Numbered from the stretch's first letter, positions 12,750-27,100 are shown. The stretch: DNA of 64,000 nucleotides from Lama glama (GCA_028534125.1 CM052832.1:11162001-11226000), one strand, 5' to 3'. Numbers and translations: made by a program. Notes: a model not told the origin generated them from the letters alone.

Positions 12750-12995
12750 AGCACAGTGGTTACAGCCAGAACTCAGGAGGCAGGCTGCCTGACTGCAGAT
12801 CCTAGCACCACTTCTCATGGGCTGTGTTATCTCTGGCAAGTTACTTTACCTCCCTGTGTCTCCGCTTCCCCATCTGAACATGTGAATAACGGTAATTTGT
12901 TTCATAAAGTGACTGTGGGGATTAAGTTAGTGGCCACGAAAACAGTGATTAGGGTCCTGCCTGGCCCCTAGCAAGTGCTGTGTGAGTAGCAATAA
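12750..12995 (+). mobile_element. MIR SINE (near full length)
   Basis: gcacagtggtta...ggcaagttactttacctccctgtgtctccgcttccccatctg...gtggggattaag. Confidence 0.8.
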
Positions 12996-13009
12996 TTGCA
13001 CACCTTCTC

Positions 13010-13240
13010 AATGAGGTTTTCCATGATTATTTAAAATAACCCCTCTTTCAACACCGTCTACTCCCTCCTGCCTCCTCATTTTCCACATAGACTTATCACC
13101 ATGCAAGATGCTATATACTTTTCTTATTTATTACCTCTCTCTCCCTGAGACATTTCCATCCATCATTCATTGTGTATCCACAGTGACTAGAATGACTGCC
13201 TAACACATAGTGGACCCTCGTAATAAAGAATGAATACAGG
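13010..13240 (+). mobile_element. L2 3' end
   Basis: tgcctaacacatagtggaccctcgtaataaagaatgaat tail. Confidence 0.6.
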
Positions 13241-16200
13241 CAACTTTTCTTACTGTTTAATTTTAGGCAGATTATGTACCTCCACATGCCTCAATTTACT
13301 CATTAAGCAAATGGAGTTGATGTGAGGATTAAATGAAATAACATTTGTGAAGATGTCCACTCCAGCCCTCGGTACACAGTGGAAGGATGCTGGCCAATCT
13401 GGGAGGACCAGTCAGCCTGACTCGGGCAGGGCCTGCAACAGTTAATCCCCGAATCTCTTCTCTCATCAAGTCTGGACCGCAAGGCCACTGGCAACTGTCC
13501 AGGTGGAGGATAAATGTCAGAGGTGGGTGCCTGAGGAGCTGCCCTGGTCCTGATGTGGGGTCTTGACCTGGGCAGCTGGAGTCTCTCCCTGCCCCCTCCT
13601 GCTAGGAGACACTGCCTGGGCCTGGAGCTTTTCGGGCGCAGGAGCTGAACGGTGGGAACCTCCGCCTGCCTGGGTCCCACGCCACATCCTGGCCTTGGGG
13701 GAGGTGGGCCAAGGCCCTGCTTCCCAGCCATTCCCAGGCGGCCTGCTCTCCTGCAGGCCCAGCTGGGCTGACTGAACCAGAGGGCCATGGGGGCAGGTCT
13801 GTTCCTCAGCATTGCCTTGTCCCGTAATCACGAGGAGGAAGACACAGCCCTCAGCACAAGGAGGGTCTGCATTCAGAGCCCAGCTCTGTCAGCTCTGAAC
13901 CCTACCTGCTTTCCCAGCCCGAGGGAGGGAGGGTGTTCAAAGGCAGAGGAGCCTCATGCAGTCAAGTCACAGAGAGGACATGCAGAAGAGCTGACTCCAA
14001 AACAGGGTCTTCTCCTATTTCTCCTAATTCTCCAGCTTTCCAGAAACTCCCTCAAGAGCCCATCCCTCGCCAAGACTGATCCAGAAAGAGATGGAAACAG
14101 ATGAATACACTGAGCATGGTTGGTGAAGACAAATAAACAAAACCGGGCATTTATCCCATGGGTTCATTCATTCCACAGTCACGGATGGAAGTCCCACTCT
14201 GGGCCAGGCACTGAATGCCGCACGGATGTGGCCGTGAATCTAACACAGATCTGGTCATTAAAAACAGTCGATCGAGGAAGGGGGAGCCACGGGAAAGCAA
14301 TTTGGGGAGGGGGCAGAGCTGCACAGGGCACTGTGTGAGTAGAGGGGGAGGGTCTCTAGCACGGCCCGGGGAAGGAGGAAGAGCCAGGAATCTGGAAGGG
14401 CAATACCCACGTGCTTCTGGCAGGCACCGTCTTGAGGGAGAACACAGAAGCTAATGAATGGAGAAACAGCAGCCCCCATCAAGGGGCCAGCTCAGAACCA
14501 CTTGGGGGGACCCTGGCCTCAGCTCCCATCCTCTCAGTCGTCAGAACCTTTCACCAGAAAGTAAGCCCCCTGAGGGCAAGGACATGGTCAGGCTGCACCC
14601 TCAAGCTTAGAAGAGTGACAAATGCATGGGAGGCACTCAGCCTCTGGTGCATAAATAAACCCCCTGAGGGTGAGCTCATGACTGACCCCCAGGAGCCCTT
14701 GGCATTCGTGAAAGGTGACACTGCCCAGTTTCCTCTCGATAAGCATAAAAAGCATCATGTACTATAACCCTCTAACTGGTGCCCAACAGGCATCTCCTTA
14801 GCCTCCAGCATGAGCGTCCTTCACAGGCACAAACAAGGGTTTTTTTTTTCCATCTCCCAAAGTGCCCCAACTTCCCCACAGTCACACTCCTTCCATAAGC
14901 CCCAGGGCATGGCTGTGAGCGTCATGTACCACTGTGGACTGAGGCCAGAAGGAGCAGATGGTTTGGTACCAGTGTCTTCACCTTGGCCTCTACAGAAGAA
15001 CATCACAGTACTGTCACCCACACCCAGTCCTGGGCTCCCTGCAGGCCCATCTCAAAAGTCAAAAAATATCTGCCACCAACTGTCGGTTATTTGGGCAGTG
15101 ACGCCAGATTTGGAGAGCTGCTACAACCACTCCTCCCCAGGGATCTCCTCCCTCACCTGGTCGAGCAAACACTCATCATGTCTTTGTTATTTCTCCCCAG
15201 TATCTTTCCAGGGAGCCAGATACCTAGCCAGCAGGCAGAATGGACCAAGATGGATGTCCGTGGGGGAGGAAGCCAGGTTCACTGAGCCAGGCATGCCTTA
15301 TCCAATATTTACCAACACACCTATCCCTTCCAGACACACATTATATGTGAGCCTCATCCCCATTTCCCATTAGAAACAAGATTTACAAAAGCCAAATAAT
15401 TTGCCCTGAACCATTTAGCAGTGGTAGAGCAGGACTGGGTCTCTCTCCTACTGCACTCTGCCCAAGAGGCGCCAGGACCACGGAGTGCAGTGCCCAGGCC
15501 GTGAGCTGCAAGAGAAGCCCACTTCCAAGGGGACGTGTGAATCCGCCATGGCCACAGGGCACGCACACCTGGGAGAGGAGGTGCAGGCCGGAACCTGCTG
15601 CACCTGGGCTCCTGCACCTCCCAGAGGCCCAGTTCCAATTCCCACCTGCCGAGCGACACCATGTCTGGGAGTGGTGCTGGTGGGGGCCCAGCATCTTCTC
15701 CTGGGTACCACGGAGAAGAGTGTGGGCGAGGGAGGGGTGGACTAGGCTGCTTCTACCCCAATACGTTTAACTACACTGCCCTCAAGGAAGGACATCCTTT
15801 AAAAATGCGCACCAGGACTCTACACTGGGGGAGCAGCATCCCTGGCCAGAGCTCCCCTGTGACAGGTGAGCCCCCTGGGTCCAGCTGAAGCCATCCCCAG
15901 GTCACTTCTCACCACTGTCCTCCACTAGCCAGGCAGTCAGAATAACCTGGTTCTGAAGGAGAAGACTGGAAAATTCCAGGCTCCTGTAGCTGCCTCTGCT
16001 ATTTTCCCCCAGCGGGCCTGGCTCCATACTCCGTCCATTCAGAACACACCCTGGGAGGGAGGGGGGAGCCGATATTCACACTCTGGGCCCTACCTGGAGC
16101 TGGCTCCCCACGACCCGATTTCTGCGGCATCTTCTCTTACTGAGAAGGCGCCAGTGGTACCTCTCCGGCTCATCTTGCCTCAGGACCTGGGAGGCCTCTC

Positions 16201-17167
16201 CTGCATGCTGACAGGAATATTCTGCCCTGAATCTGCAGAACCATCTCTGTCAGGGATTTGGGGCTTGTTTCCTTAATTAACTGACAATGCTAACACAGGA
16301 GCCCAGGAGCCGGCAGGGCCCTGGCCTTCTGCGGCTACAGGAGAAAATTCTTGTTTCGAAATCTGGCTCTCTTGTCCCAACTCGATCCCCTCCTGGGATG
16401 TCAAAACAAACAGGGACACCCGATCATGGGGAGCAGGGACTAGGCAGGCTCAGGTTACAGGACCAGAGAGATGGATTTAGCTCCAGGATGCTTCAGTGCC
16501 TGACACGTGATGAGATCTTAGTTTCCCAAAATGGCTTGGCCAGACCCCCCCAAAGCCACCAGCTGTGTCAGGGGCTCTATGGAGGAAAGGGGGAGGTCAT
16601 GAGCCTGTATGCCAACAGTATTTCCTGTACTCCTATTGCCTGGCAGGCATGGAGCCAGGGATGGGGGAGGCGGCGGAGACAGGCAAGTCCTATTGACACC
16701 TGCCCTTGAGGAGATAAAGTTAGGAACAAATTACTCAAGCGTAGTGTGTAAAGGGTCACTTCCAAGGCAAGAACAAAGTGACAGAGTCACAGAGGAGAGG
16801 AAGAACTCACTGTGTAGCACAAGGTTCAGGGATGCAGGGTCATGGCAGGACAATAAGAGGGAGCATCTGACCTGAAAAAAGAGTCAAAATCTTTTGAGCA
16901 GATAGGATGCATGTTGGGGAGGAGGAAGGCACTCCAAGTGGAGAGGACCTCTCAGGCAAAGCCTAGGAGGCAGGAAAGAGAAGAGAAAGTTGAAGGGAGG
17001 GGAGGCAGGGCCGGTGGCTGGACAATGGGGTTCATGGGGGACACAAGGACGCCGTGCAGAAGAGGCAGCCGGAGATGCACAAGGGGGTGGGCCCAGCATG
17101 TTAAGGAGTCAAGCAGGCCACGGGGAACTAGCAAATGTTTTTCTGTATAGCCTAACTCCATCTGGGG

Positions 17168-17358
17168 CAGGGGTTGCCAGAGCTGGCCCACTGCCTGCCA
17201 GTTTCTGTAAATACAGTTTCACTGGAAAAGAGCCATGCCCACTCATTTACGTACGTCTAGGCCCACTTTGGTACTTGAGTCAAGTGAGTGCGACAGAGAC
17301 CCTGTGACCCCCAAGGCCAAACTCTGTACCGTCAGGGCTTCACAGCTTGGTGACTCCT
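17168..17358 (-). mobile_element. MER58-like hAT-Charlie MITE
   Basis: gtttctgtaaatacagtttcactggaaaagagccatgcccactcatttacgtac matches MER58A reverse. Confidence 0.7.
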
Positions 17359-17526
17359 AATGCAGAAGATGGACAGGGCCAGAGAGAGATCTGGAGAGAG
17401 GAAGCCCAGGGTGACCGCCCAGGATCCAGGGGAGGGACAGGAATCAGAGAATAAAGATACATGGGGGCATTACTCAAAAGGAGGTATGGCCACAAGTGAC
17501 CTCCTGGGAAGACCCAAAACCTCCGC

Positions 17527-17583
17527 AGGAGGAGGAGGAGGAAGAGGAGATGGACGAGGAGATGCACGAGGAAGAAGAAGAGG
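17527..17583 (+). repeat. Imperfect (GAG/GAA)n purine triplet tract
   Basis: Directly visible. Confidence 0.8.
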
Positions 17584-18624
17584 TCTGGGTCTGTTGTCTC
17601 CAGCTGCCCGCACAGGTGGGTTATCTGGCCCGCACAGGGTGCTGGCTGCCCAGCCCCATCCAAGGGCCTGGGCACCAGGCCAGCATGATGTGCCCGCACG
17701 CCCTCGGGGTGGCCAGGCCTGAGTCACACGCACAGTTCCCTGTATCAGGGGTCCTGCTACGGCCTTCTCACCCAGCAGCTGTACCCTGGGAGAGGTCTGA
17801 AGCTCCGGGGTGACCAGAGAACACCCTTCTTTGAGAAGAAATCACACAGTGTTCCTGGGAGGCCCCTACTTTCCCTTCCCAGCCTCAGCACAAGTTGTCC
17901 CATCTGGAAAGGCTTAGAGAGGAAATCTATCTGCTAGAGGACAGAGATGCTGTGCCAGAAGTGGGGCTCCCGCTCCTTATTTGGGGACTTCCCTCTTTCC
18001 TGACTTGTATGTTCCTCTTTGAGTCTCTGGTCCGGGTCCCCGGAAGTTCAGAACCCCATGCTACTTTTTCCAGTTTACTCCACCTTGAGGAGAGGGAACC
18101 TGGACCCCCCTCCCCTGGGACACCCTTAGTGCACCTCTCCCTCCTTGCAGTAGAATCAGTGTAGACTTTCTGCATCTTTGGTACTTTGGGCCTTCCAAGC
18201 ATACAACGCAGCACCCGGTTTAAGAAACAAAGCATTAAAAGTTAAACACTATCATTTCAGGAAACCACTTGGTGCCAACTTGCACAGAAACATAGACTCA
18301 GGGACTAAAATCTCGGGCCAGCAGTAGGTTCCATGATGGCCATTCAGATGATTCAGAGTGAATACATTTGATTTTTAGATTATTATTAAAATGAAAAAAA
18401 AAATGAAACATTTCTCAAGGAAAAGAACATTTTCAAGCAGCGTTCTCAACACACTCTCCCCAAGGGTCTCTGGGCTCACCTGAAAGATTCTGAATGGGGT
18501 TGAGGGCCTGGGCTGTGGAGTTCAGTTGGCCGGCCCTTCCCCAGTCTCATGCCCCACTGTGTCTTCAGTGCCCACCAGAATGGCTGGCACATAAATAGGT
18601 CACGAATGAGTGATTGAATGAATG

Positions 18625-18835
18625 AAGTTCAAGTCCTGTTTTCATAATTTACCAGTTCTGTGTCCTCAGGCAAGTTCCTTCACCTCTCTGAGGCTCAGTA
18701 TCTTCATCCGTAAAATCTCCAAAAGTATTCACAACTCAAAGAATTACTGCAAGAATTCAATAAGATGGTACCCATAAAGCCCTTGGCACAGTGATTGGTA
18801 TATTCAAGGTACAGAATCAATGGTAATTATTGCTA
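18625..18835 (+). mobile_element. MIR SINE
   Basis: ggcaagttccttcacctctctgaggctcagtatcttcatccgtaaaa core. Confidence 0.75.
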
Positions 18836-20399
18836 CTTTTCAAAGATCTAAAACATCTTTGCAGATCTTCATTCCGTCCCAATTCCATCATAGCATTTTT
18901 TTCCCTCTCAGTAAATCCCCAGACAGAGTCTGGCACAAGATGGAGCGCAGGAAAGAGCTCTTGGGGCAGAATTTAGCAGAGGGCATTCCTGATCTGGAAC
19001 TCAGGGCTCGGGCAAGCACAGGGGTTGAGGCTGCTACTGTATCCTGCCTCCTCTGTGGGAAGCTACCTCTCAGGCACAGACCCCAGCCCTCCAAACTGCA
19101 CCTGGGCATTCAAGGCCAGGGAGCTCACCTGTGCCCATGCCACAGGAAACAGGGCTGGGGGACGGCTTGGTCTGCAGAGGGTAGGGGTGCCAGCTCAGCC
19201 CCATCCTGCCCACTGCACGGATCTCTCCCCATGCCTTCTCATGCTGAGCTGGGGCAGCATGGGCCTCCCCCCGGGCAGCATTCCCAGGCTTCAGAACAAC
19301 AGGCCCTCCATTCTTCCCTGCCTTGGCGGACCTGCCCCCTCCTGCTACAGCCCTGCCGGCTCTGCTCACAGGCAGCTGCCCCAGTCCAAGGGGCCTGCAG
19401 AAAAAGCCCCGGGGCCTGATCTGTCCCTTCACCCAAGTCCCTTCTGAGACAGAATCACAGCGTCATTCACTTCATCTGGCCTCGGGGGCATCTTCACAAA
19501 ATAGCCCTCACTGACATTTTGTCTTCCTCAAGTGAGAGAAATCTGACATCGGCCCCTCCCTGAGCTTCCTGCCTTAGGCCAGGCTCCAGAAATTTCCAGA
19601 TGTCAACCCTCAGCTCCCTGCCTCAAGGGTGACAACCACTGGGATGAGGGGTGGGGGTCACCCCCAAGTCCAGGGTTCCCTACCCACTGGGAATCCCAGC
19701 CCCACCTCCGGCTCCTTCCTACATCTGCCCATCAGATTCCATCCAGCAAGAATCACCAGACTCAACCCCCCAATCTGCAATCCACAGTCCAAGGAGGAGA
19801 ATGTGACATGGGTTTCTTCCATTTCCCAAGTTTATCCAGCTATTTTCTAACTCTCTTTTTAGGGATCCTGAGCTCAGCCCTTAAGAATGATCCTTGTATG
19901 TCCCAGAGCCAGGGCTGGGGGGGGTGGGAGCCCAGGGCTGCAGTGGGGGGCTGTGAACAGGGAGTCCTTCCTCGGGCATGGATTCCTGGGGGATGGGCCC
20001 TGGGTTCAAAGCAGCCTCCCTCCGCTGGAGGGTCCAGCTCTCAAATCCAGCCCAGGAGGGTCCCAGCTGCAGCCCAAGGAGGCACAAGCAGGGGAGCTGG
20101 GGAGGCAGGGCCATGATGGACTAGTGTGTGGCTGCCTTTCTTAAAGGGACAGCCTGCCTGGAGAGCCCAGGGGGAAAGACTACACAGGAAGGAGCTGGCG
20201 GGGATGAGCCTACAGGGAAAAGCCTGGACAAGCACCAGGCCCCTGAATTGTTCACACGTCTAATCCTGAGGACTTAACCAGCTTGACTCTCCTCCTGCTG
20301 TGTAGGACAGTGTGACAGAAAGACTGTTCTAGGAAAGGTTCTCCACTTGCAGCTCCTCCCTTGGGGCTGGACTCACCCAGAGGGCAGTACAGTAACCAC

Positions 20400-20620
20400 T
20401 AAGAAATGTGAATTCCTAACTGGGTGCAAGGCCCTTTCATAAGTGCTTTGCACAAAAGAACTTATTTGGTGTGTGCAATTGAGTGTGGAGATACTGTTAT
20501 TTTTGTTGTTGCCATTTTACATATGAGGAAACTGAGGTCTAGAGAGAAGACATTTCCAAGGTCTTGTAGGTAATGAATGGCAATGTTAGGATATGAACAT
20601 GAGTGGTTCTACTGAACTAC
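20400..20620 (-). mobile_element. MIR SINE
   Basis: ccattttacatatgaggaaactgaggtctagagag core. Confidence 0.8.
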
Positions 20621-21719
20621 TAAGCTTTCCTTAGATGGGTCTAGGGGGACCCCACTACATCAATCAACAAGGCAGATGGAGACCCTACCAGGGTCAGGTG
20701 GATGCCGTGAAAAAGGCAACATGCAAGGCAAGGTGTCTGCCCTCAAGTGCTCGCTGGAAGGAGTCACCCAAATTGTAACACTAAGCTTGTCTGAAGGTGG
20801 AATTTTTTTTTTATCTTTACCATTTTATTTTCCAAACTTTCCTCTTATTCCTCTTATAAAGAGAAAAAAAATACAGATTCTGCCTATCTCCTACATCAAT
20901 ATTTCAAACGACCAAGACTAGATAGAGCAGGAAGATACCTGATTTCTACATGCAAGTCCTAAGAGGAAGGAGAGGAGCAACATGAACAGGACAGCCAAGC
21001 AATACTGTGATTAAATCTACTTAAGCTTTGCCCTTTATAAATCCATAGTCAGGTTTTCCAAAAAAAAATTAAAGCAATAGCTTTTTCTTTCAGCCCAAAT
21101 TGAAATGAAAAGTTTTTCAAACCTGGTAATTAAAAAAAAAATGCAGTTAAGACCCAACCTCCCCCTATGTTATTCCAGACCTTCCTAACATGAGCACCAC
21201 TCCCCTCTGCGGCTTCCCCTCCCCTCACTTCGTACACCACCCGACTCCCACCCCCAGCAGCCAGGCCAGACTTCCAGAGGTTTCCGGAAGCCTCCCTGGC
21301 ACCCTGACCATTTGTTCCCCTGGTACCTTCTTTCTAGGATCCCCTTTGCTTCTTCCTCTAAAGTCCTTGACACTGTCGCCACACCTATGGAGGCTTACGT
21401 GTGACAAGCAGAACTGAAAGCTCCCTTCTCTGAGCTCCCACAAGCTTTGCCCATCCAGAGCATGCTCTGAGAGCCAGCATTACTCTGTATTCTAACGACT
21501 TTCGTGTCTTTGTTCATGTTTCTGTCCTGAGCACCAAAATATCTATGGAGTAAGGCAGCCCATGATGATAACAATTATTCTCTGAAGAGCATGTATAGTT
21601 TTCCAGGAACTTCCTCCAACATTGTCTCATTTAAGCTATAATACAACGAGTTGGGCTGGGTACTGCAAGTGTCAAATAAGATGGAGGAAGCAAGCAGTGT
21701 GGAGGGGGCAGGGAGAAAG

Positions 21720-22035
21720 GGAGGGAGAGAGATAAAGACATTCCTGCTGGTTCTGTCTCTCTGGAGAACCCTGACTAATACAAATGTAATTAGTGGTCCA
21801 GAGCATTTCATTGGCAGAACCAGACCTCTTTCCCCTTGGCACAGCAATTGTCAACACTTAAGGAGGTGCCTGCACTGCCAGCCTGGGGTCCTGAGTGACT
21901 ATAATGACTACAGTCTTGTGTTGGCCTTCTACAAACAGGCAGCAGGAGTAAGAAAGAAACCTCTGCTGTTTCAAGTCACTGAGATTTGGGGACTATGTGT
22001 TACCACAGCATCATCTAACTTATACTGACCAAAGC
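21720..22035 (+). mobile_element. MLT2 3' end followed by an MLT1 (MaLR) LTR fragment
   Basis: ttctgtctctctggagaaccctgactaataca, then gtttcaagtcactgagatttgggg...tgttaccacagca. Confidence 0.7.
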
Positions 22036-22748
22036 ACTGGCTATTCCTCTTAGATTTGAGATGCTCGATTGTAAGGAGGAAAAACCAAAAAAGCAGTGGA
22101 ACCATGAAAGAATTTTGATCACAGCCTCCCACCGAGTCCCGGATACATGGCCCTTCCTCCAGCTGCCCAGCTTCCCTCATCTATCTTGGGATCCGGGACG
22201 TCTTAACGCAGACTCCAATCACAGTCATGTAAATGCATCAAAGGTCCAATCTCACTGGTGGAAGAAACTTCCCTAGAAAATGTTCAGAGTTCTGCTAAGG
22301 CATCTGACCCTGGGCCTGGAATGGGAAACTCTCCAAAGAACAAAAGTTTCCACTACGGCAACAAGAATGTTAAACATGATAAAAAAAATTTTTTTCTCAG
22401 TAAGAAAAATGAGACCATAAGTATTTATAAGCCAAAACCCAAAGGCCATTCCTGGTTCCTTGAGGTTTCCTGCCATATGGAGGGAGTCAAGCCGATTAGA
22501 GGGGGTACTGGGAAGGGAGCAGGATGTCCTTGGCTCCAGCACAGGTGGGTTAAGTGTAGAGCCTTTGAAGAAATGCAATTACAAAGCGTTGAGGAATCAG
22601 CGGTGACCCAGAGGCTGCTGGGACTCGGCATCTCTCTTCTCAGTGGATAAATCCAGTCCCCTAACCATAAATACGCTGCAGAGATTAACACTGGGACAGA
22701 CGAAGATGTAAGGGATTTAAACTATTACAGCAAGAATTTAGCTTAGAC

Positions 22749-22937
22749 CCATGGTTCTCAACTGGGGGGACATCTGGCGATGCCTGGAGACAGTTTTGGT
22801 TGTCAGGACCAGGGAATGCACTGGCATCTAATGGGCAGAGGCCAGGGATGCTGCCAAACATCCCATAATGCCCAGAACGGCACCACCCCTCCCTGACAGA
22901 GGATTATCCAGGCTAGGACCAAGATGGAGAAACCCTG
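22749..22937 (+). mobile_element. MER20 hAT-Charlie MITE
   Basis: ggttctcaactggggg...ctggcatctaatgggcagaggccagggatgctgccaaacatcc...gagaaaccctg. Confidence 0.88.
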
Positions 22938-23589
22938 GTTGAAACTAAATCCCTAGTTGTGAGGGCGTGATGGTTTACAACAAGGAGCAGGGAAAACATG
23001 CAACATGCTCCAACAGGAAAAAAAAGACACAGCTGTGCAGACCTATATAAATATTCATCTATGTATAGAGAGAAATCAAAGTCAACCACTGTGCCACCAA
23101 AGCACTGAGAGGCGGCGCAGTTCACATGGGAAGGGAAATACATTTCACTGCGGCTCTCTCCTCCCTGATGAGAGAAGAAGCTGGCGTGAGAATCAGAGTA
23201 GAAGTTCCACAATTTAGAAGTTGCCCTCAGACTTGCAAGGTGAGGCAAGGAGCCAAGTTTAGGAGAATCAAGGAAGCTGAAGCACTCAGCATAGTCAAGG
23301 GAGAGTCCTTTGAGTAGCTGGTGAGCACCAAGGAGGGAGAGAGGAAGAAGGCCAAACTGGAGGACTTCTGGCCATGCAACCAACCTCTTTTAGAACAAGG
23401 TTGCCCAATATTCAATTTCAATTGTTTGTATTGCTGTCATGTAAACACCATTGGTTTCCTCAAATCTTCAAGTTTACCATGGTCACAAAGCCCTTGTGTA
23501 AATGGTATGTGTGTGTGTATAGATATAAGGACTAAATTTCATATCTGGGTCAACATAGTGCAAAAGAGAGTCTATTTGCATGAAACCAG

Positions 23590-23830
23590 TAATAATACTG
23601 AACATTTACAGCAGGCCTACTAGGTCCCAGGCACTGTTCAAATACTTGACATGCAATCTTACCAAAATCTCTCAGCTGCCCTATGTGGAAGTATCACTGT
23701 TAACCTTATTAGGGATAAGAGGTCTGAAGCAGAGGGAATTTAAGCCACTCACCCAGGGACCACAGTGAGTGAAGGTAAAGGGAGAATTCAAACCCAAGTG
23801 GTCTAGCTCCAGGGACCAGGTCCTTCACTT
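23590..23830 (-). mobile_element. MIR SINE
   Basis: aacatttacagcaggcctactaggtcccaggcactgtt...aattcaaacccaagtggtct. Confidence 0.7.
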
Positions 23831-23954
23831 CATGGCCACCCTGCTTGTGACCAGCAGTAATTCATAATCTTAACTAGCGGGTGGAAATAGGAACTCAGAG
23901 CTGGAGGCAACAGGAAAAATGAAAGCCATCACCTCTTACTTGGGAATCTCTAGA

Positions 23955-24132
23955 CCAGTGGTTCTCAGACTTTAGTGTGACCAGGATCACCTAGTGGGCT
24001 TCATAAATCACAAACAGCATTTGATTAGCGAGTCTGGGGTGGGCTTAGGAACCCACCAAAGATCTGCATTTCTAACAAGTTCTAGGGGACACTGTTTCTG
24101 CCGGTTCAGAGCTACTCTGAGAACTACTGCTC
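23955..24132. mobile_element. MER5A-like MITE
   Basis: cagtggttctca...tgagaactactg terminal inverted repeats. Confidence 0.8.
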
Positions 24133-27100
24133 CTTTGGAGGGATGTGGGGCTTCCTGCACTTGTCGGGGCTGGATTCAGCTAATTTACTCTGAATCGCAA
24201 CAACAGGGCTCCTCAGGTGATGTCTGGCCACAATATCAATTACTGAGTAGCTGAAAATTGGAGAAGGCTAATAACAAAGAGAATGGATGGAGGGATGAAT
24301 GTCAATTGGACTTCAATCTGGAAGATGTCCTGGAGGAAGAGCCTAGTGGTGAGAAATGGTGACAATGGGATTACTGATTAGATGCACACTGCAGATAGCA
24401 GGGCTGAGGCATTCAAGTTCCCTCCCTAGGGAAAATATGATGGGTCAGATTACCTGCTCTCCCTGGGACTGAAGGGAGGGTGCCCCCTGTTCTTCAGTGA
24501 GTCCATCCAAAAAGTCTAAGCAAGAAACGTTTAACCAGGAAACACCCTCTATCAAGGATGGGCAGCTGTTCAGGACAGTGGTTAAAGGAAAGATGAACAA
24601 GTTCAAATCGCAGCTCTTCTGCTGTGGAATCATCCTTGCTCGGTTCTTAACGATTTTAAGACTTAGTTTCCAAATTGGTAAGGTGGAGCAACTAACGACC
24701 TAAAACTCAGAGTTGGAAAAATCCATTGTACACGACACACTCATTACAGCGCCCACCCTATCACAAGCTTCAGCAATAACTTTAAAGCCAAATGCATGAC
24801 TAGGGAATCCAAGCCTCAGTCAAAGGCAGACACTTGCTTTGTTGCCGCTCACAGTCCATGCAGGAGCCGGGAGGTTGAACTTGAGACACTCACTACCCTC
24901 CATCGTTTAAAAGCTCTTCCATCCCAGTGTTTAAGGGCCCTTCCTCCAGTTCTGAGCTTTCTCTCTACCAAACCACGCCTAAGGAACCTTTTCCACACCT
25001 AACTTAAAATTTCTCTCATTTATAAAGTTGATAACGCTAAGGGGAAGGGACAAAAACACAAAACTGTTTAACATCTGCTCATACCATATGCATTCAACCT
25101 TGCTTTGAAAATGAATGCAGAGAGAGAAGGCTGGGATGTGAGTGAGCTCACTGGACTGAGGAGGCTAGTTCTCCAAGGGTGTTTGTGGCCAGGTGGGAAG
25201 CTCGGGGGCAGGGGTGGAGGCACAGAAAGAACCAAGACCCTTTCAGTTTCGCAGCGATGGACTGGCAGGCTAATTTTACTTTCGTCTTCTGGCTTCTATG
25301 TTATTTTCTATGTTTTCTGTAATAAACCTGTACATTTTTTATAATCAAGGAGGGAAAGTAAGTGGTAGTGGGAGTGGGGGGGGAGGGGAGGAGGGGGAGG
25401 GGAGGAGGATGATTACCTTCATATCCTTCCAAAGCTCTTCTTGATTATAGTCTACTCCATACCCACTCTGCCTACTTTTCGTGTGCTGCCTCTTGGCTCT
25501 TATCCTCTGTGTCTAGCCTGTGAATTTGTAACCATGAGAAGTTCCTTTCTCAATGTTCCTGAGCATCTTTCCGATGCACTGACCTGAGACCCTCTGGGTA
25601 GGTGGAGCTGCCCCAAAGTAGGAGGAGATGTTTTTCTCCCATGGAAAAGTAGCCGAGCTCACTGTCTGCTGTTCTGTATCCTGGGATCCACCCACCCCTA
25701 CAAAACTCACTAGAATGTTCTTTATGAGGTGAGTGGTTCATACCAAGAGGAATGACACAGGAAGAGACCTGCATGTGAGAACTATGTGTACACACAGATG
25801 TATGCACACACATGGATACATACACATACACACACACACACCAATCTGCCTCTTCCTGCTGCATCCGGAGAAATGTCATCCAGTTAGTGCCCTCAGATGA
25901 ACTGGGAAGGCAAATTCTCCAGTCATGGTTTGTGAGGGGGTGGGTACCCAGGGAGATGGGGTGTCAGGGAGAGCCAATCCACTTCCATCTGGCTCTGAGA
26001 TCCACATGGATTTTCCTGGACTGGTCTAGCATCTCATTTCCCAATGCGAGGCATCTCGCTCTCTTGGTGACACACGCTTTCCCCAAGAATGCTTGACTTT
26101 TCAATGAGGAATTCTTGTGTATTTGGAAATTCTTGGAAACAGGACAAAGATGAATGAATTGCTGGCTTCACCCTGGGTTTGGAAACCCTCTGGAACTCAC
26201 AGGAGTGGGGAGGGAGGCAGGAAGAGGGGGTGTGGGGGTGTGCACGGTACAGAGGGGGTGGCAGGGCTGAGGGTTCAAGCTCTGGACTCTCCAGAAGCTA
26301 CCCACTGACCCCCAGATCAGAAGTCACCTTCCACTCTGTGACAAGAAGGCTAACACAGGTGGGGTGTGGACCGGTGGGACATGGAACAGTGCTTGTTGAT
26401 GCTAGAGTTATAACACGGTGAAAGCCGGTGAGCTGGTCACTGAGCTCATCGATACAGGAGGTGGTTACAACATGTCGGGGAAGGTATGGGTCTTGGAATC
26501 AGACACACCTCATGGGGAATGCCCTCTGTGCCTCTGCCTAGCTCTGTGGTTTCAGACTAAGTGCCTAAACTCTCAGAATCTCAGTTTTCTCTTCTGTAAA
26601 ATGGGATAACACCCACTGTACAGGTCTGCTAGGAGGGTGAGGGGTGTTGAAGTGTGCCAGTGCCCAGCACGCGGCAGGCCTTCAGCAGATGGTAGGCAGT
26701 GTTTGGCCAGTTTGAAGAGCAGGAGTTTATAAAGCCCTCCGTGCAGTGGGCCAGCTGCGGAGCTCTGACAGCCCTGGGGATGGCCAGGCGTGAGAAGATG
26801 GGGCTTCCTGGGGTTCTGGCAGCTAAGCTCATTAAGCACCCTCCTTCTACGCCCCTCGGGGTCTTGGGATGTTCTGGCAGGTTGGGCCATGCCCCCTTCC
26901 CCTAGTGCAGCAGCAGACCCTCTGCAGCCCCGGCTGCTTAAATCCAAATTGTGGCGTCCAGGTCACAGAAAGAAATGGTAGACAGTGTACAGGGGTCCGG
27001 GGTCCCCTGGTCTCCTCAGTTTAAAATGGCCAGGAAGCACATTGGCTTCTCCGTAAAGATCAGGCAAACACCCCAACCTTGCTGTCTAGAGAACTCCAGG

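Noticed and set aside
15471..15491. Second RE1-like string GCCAGGACCACGGAGTGCAGT
   Set aside because: Too many mismatches in both half-sites.
17496..17813. Poly-Glu ORF (PPQEEEEEEEMDEEMHEEEEE)
   Set aside because: Explained by an imperfect GAG/GAA repeat, with no convincing splice sites or homology.
18820..19447. Overlapping 120-199 aa ORFs
   Set aside because: GC-rich intronic DNA open in several frames on both strands, with no domain or exon signature.
24454..24515. 62-nt minus-strand exon-like segment (tttcttgcttag|...CAG|gtaatc)
   Set aside because: Stops after 7 codons in the phase set by exon 1, and the splice signals are moderate. It could only be a non-coding or cryptic exon, and there is no support for that.
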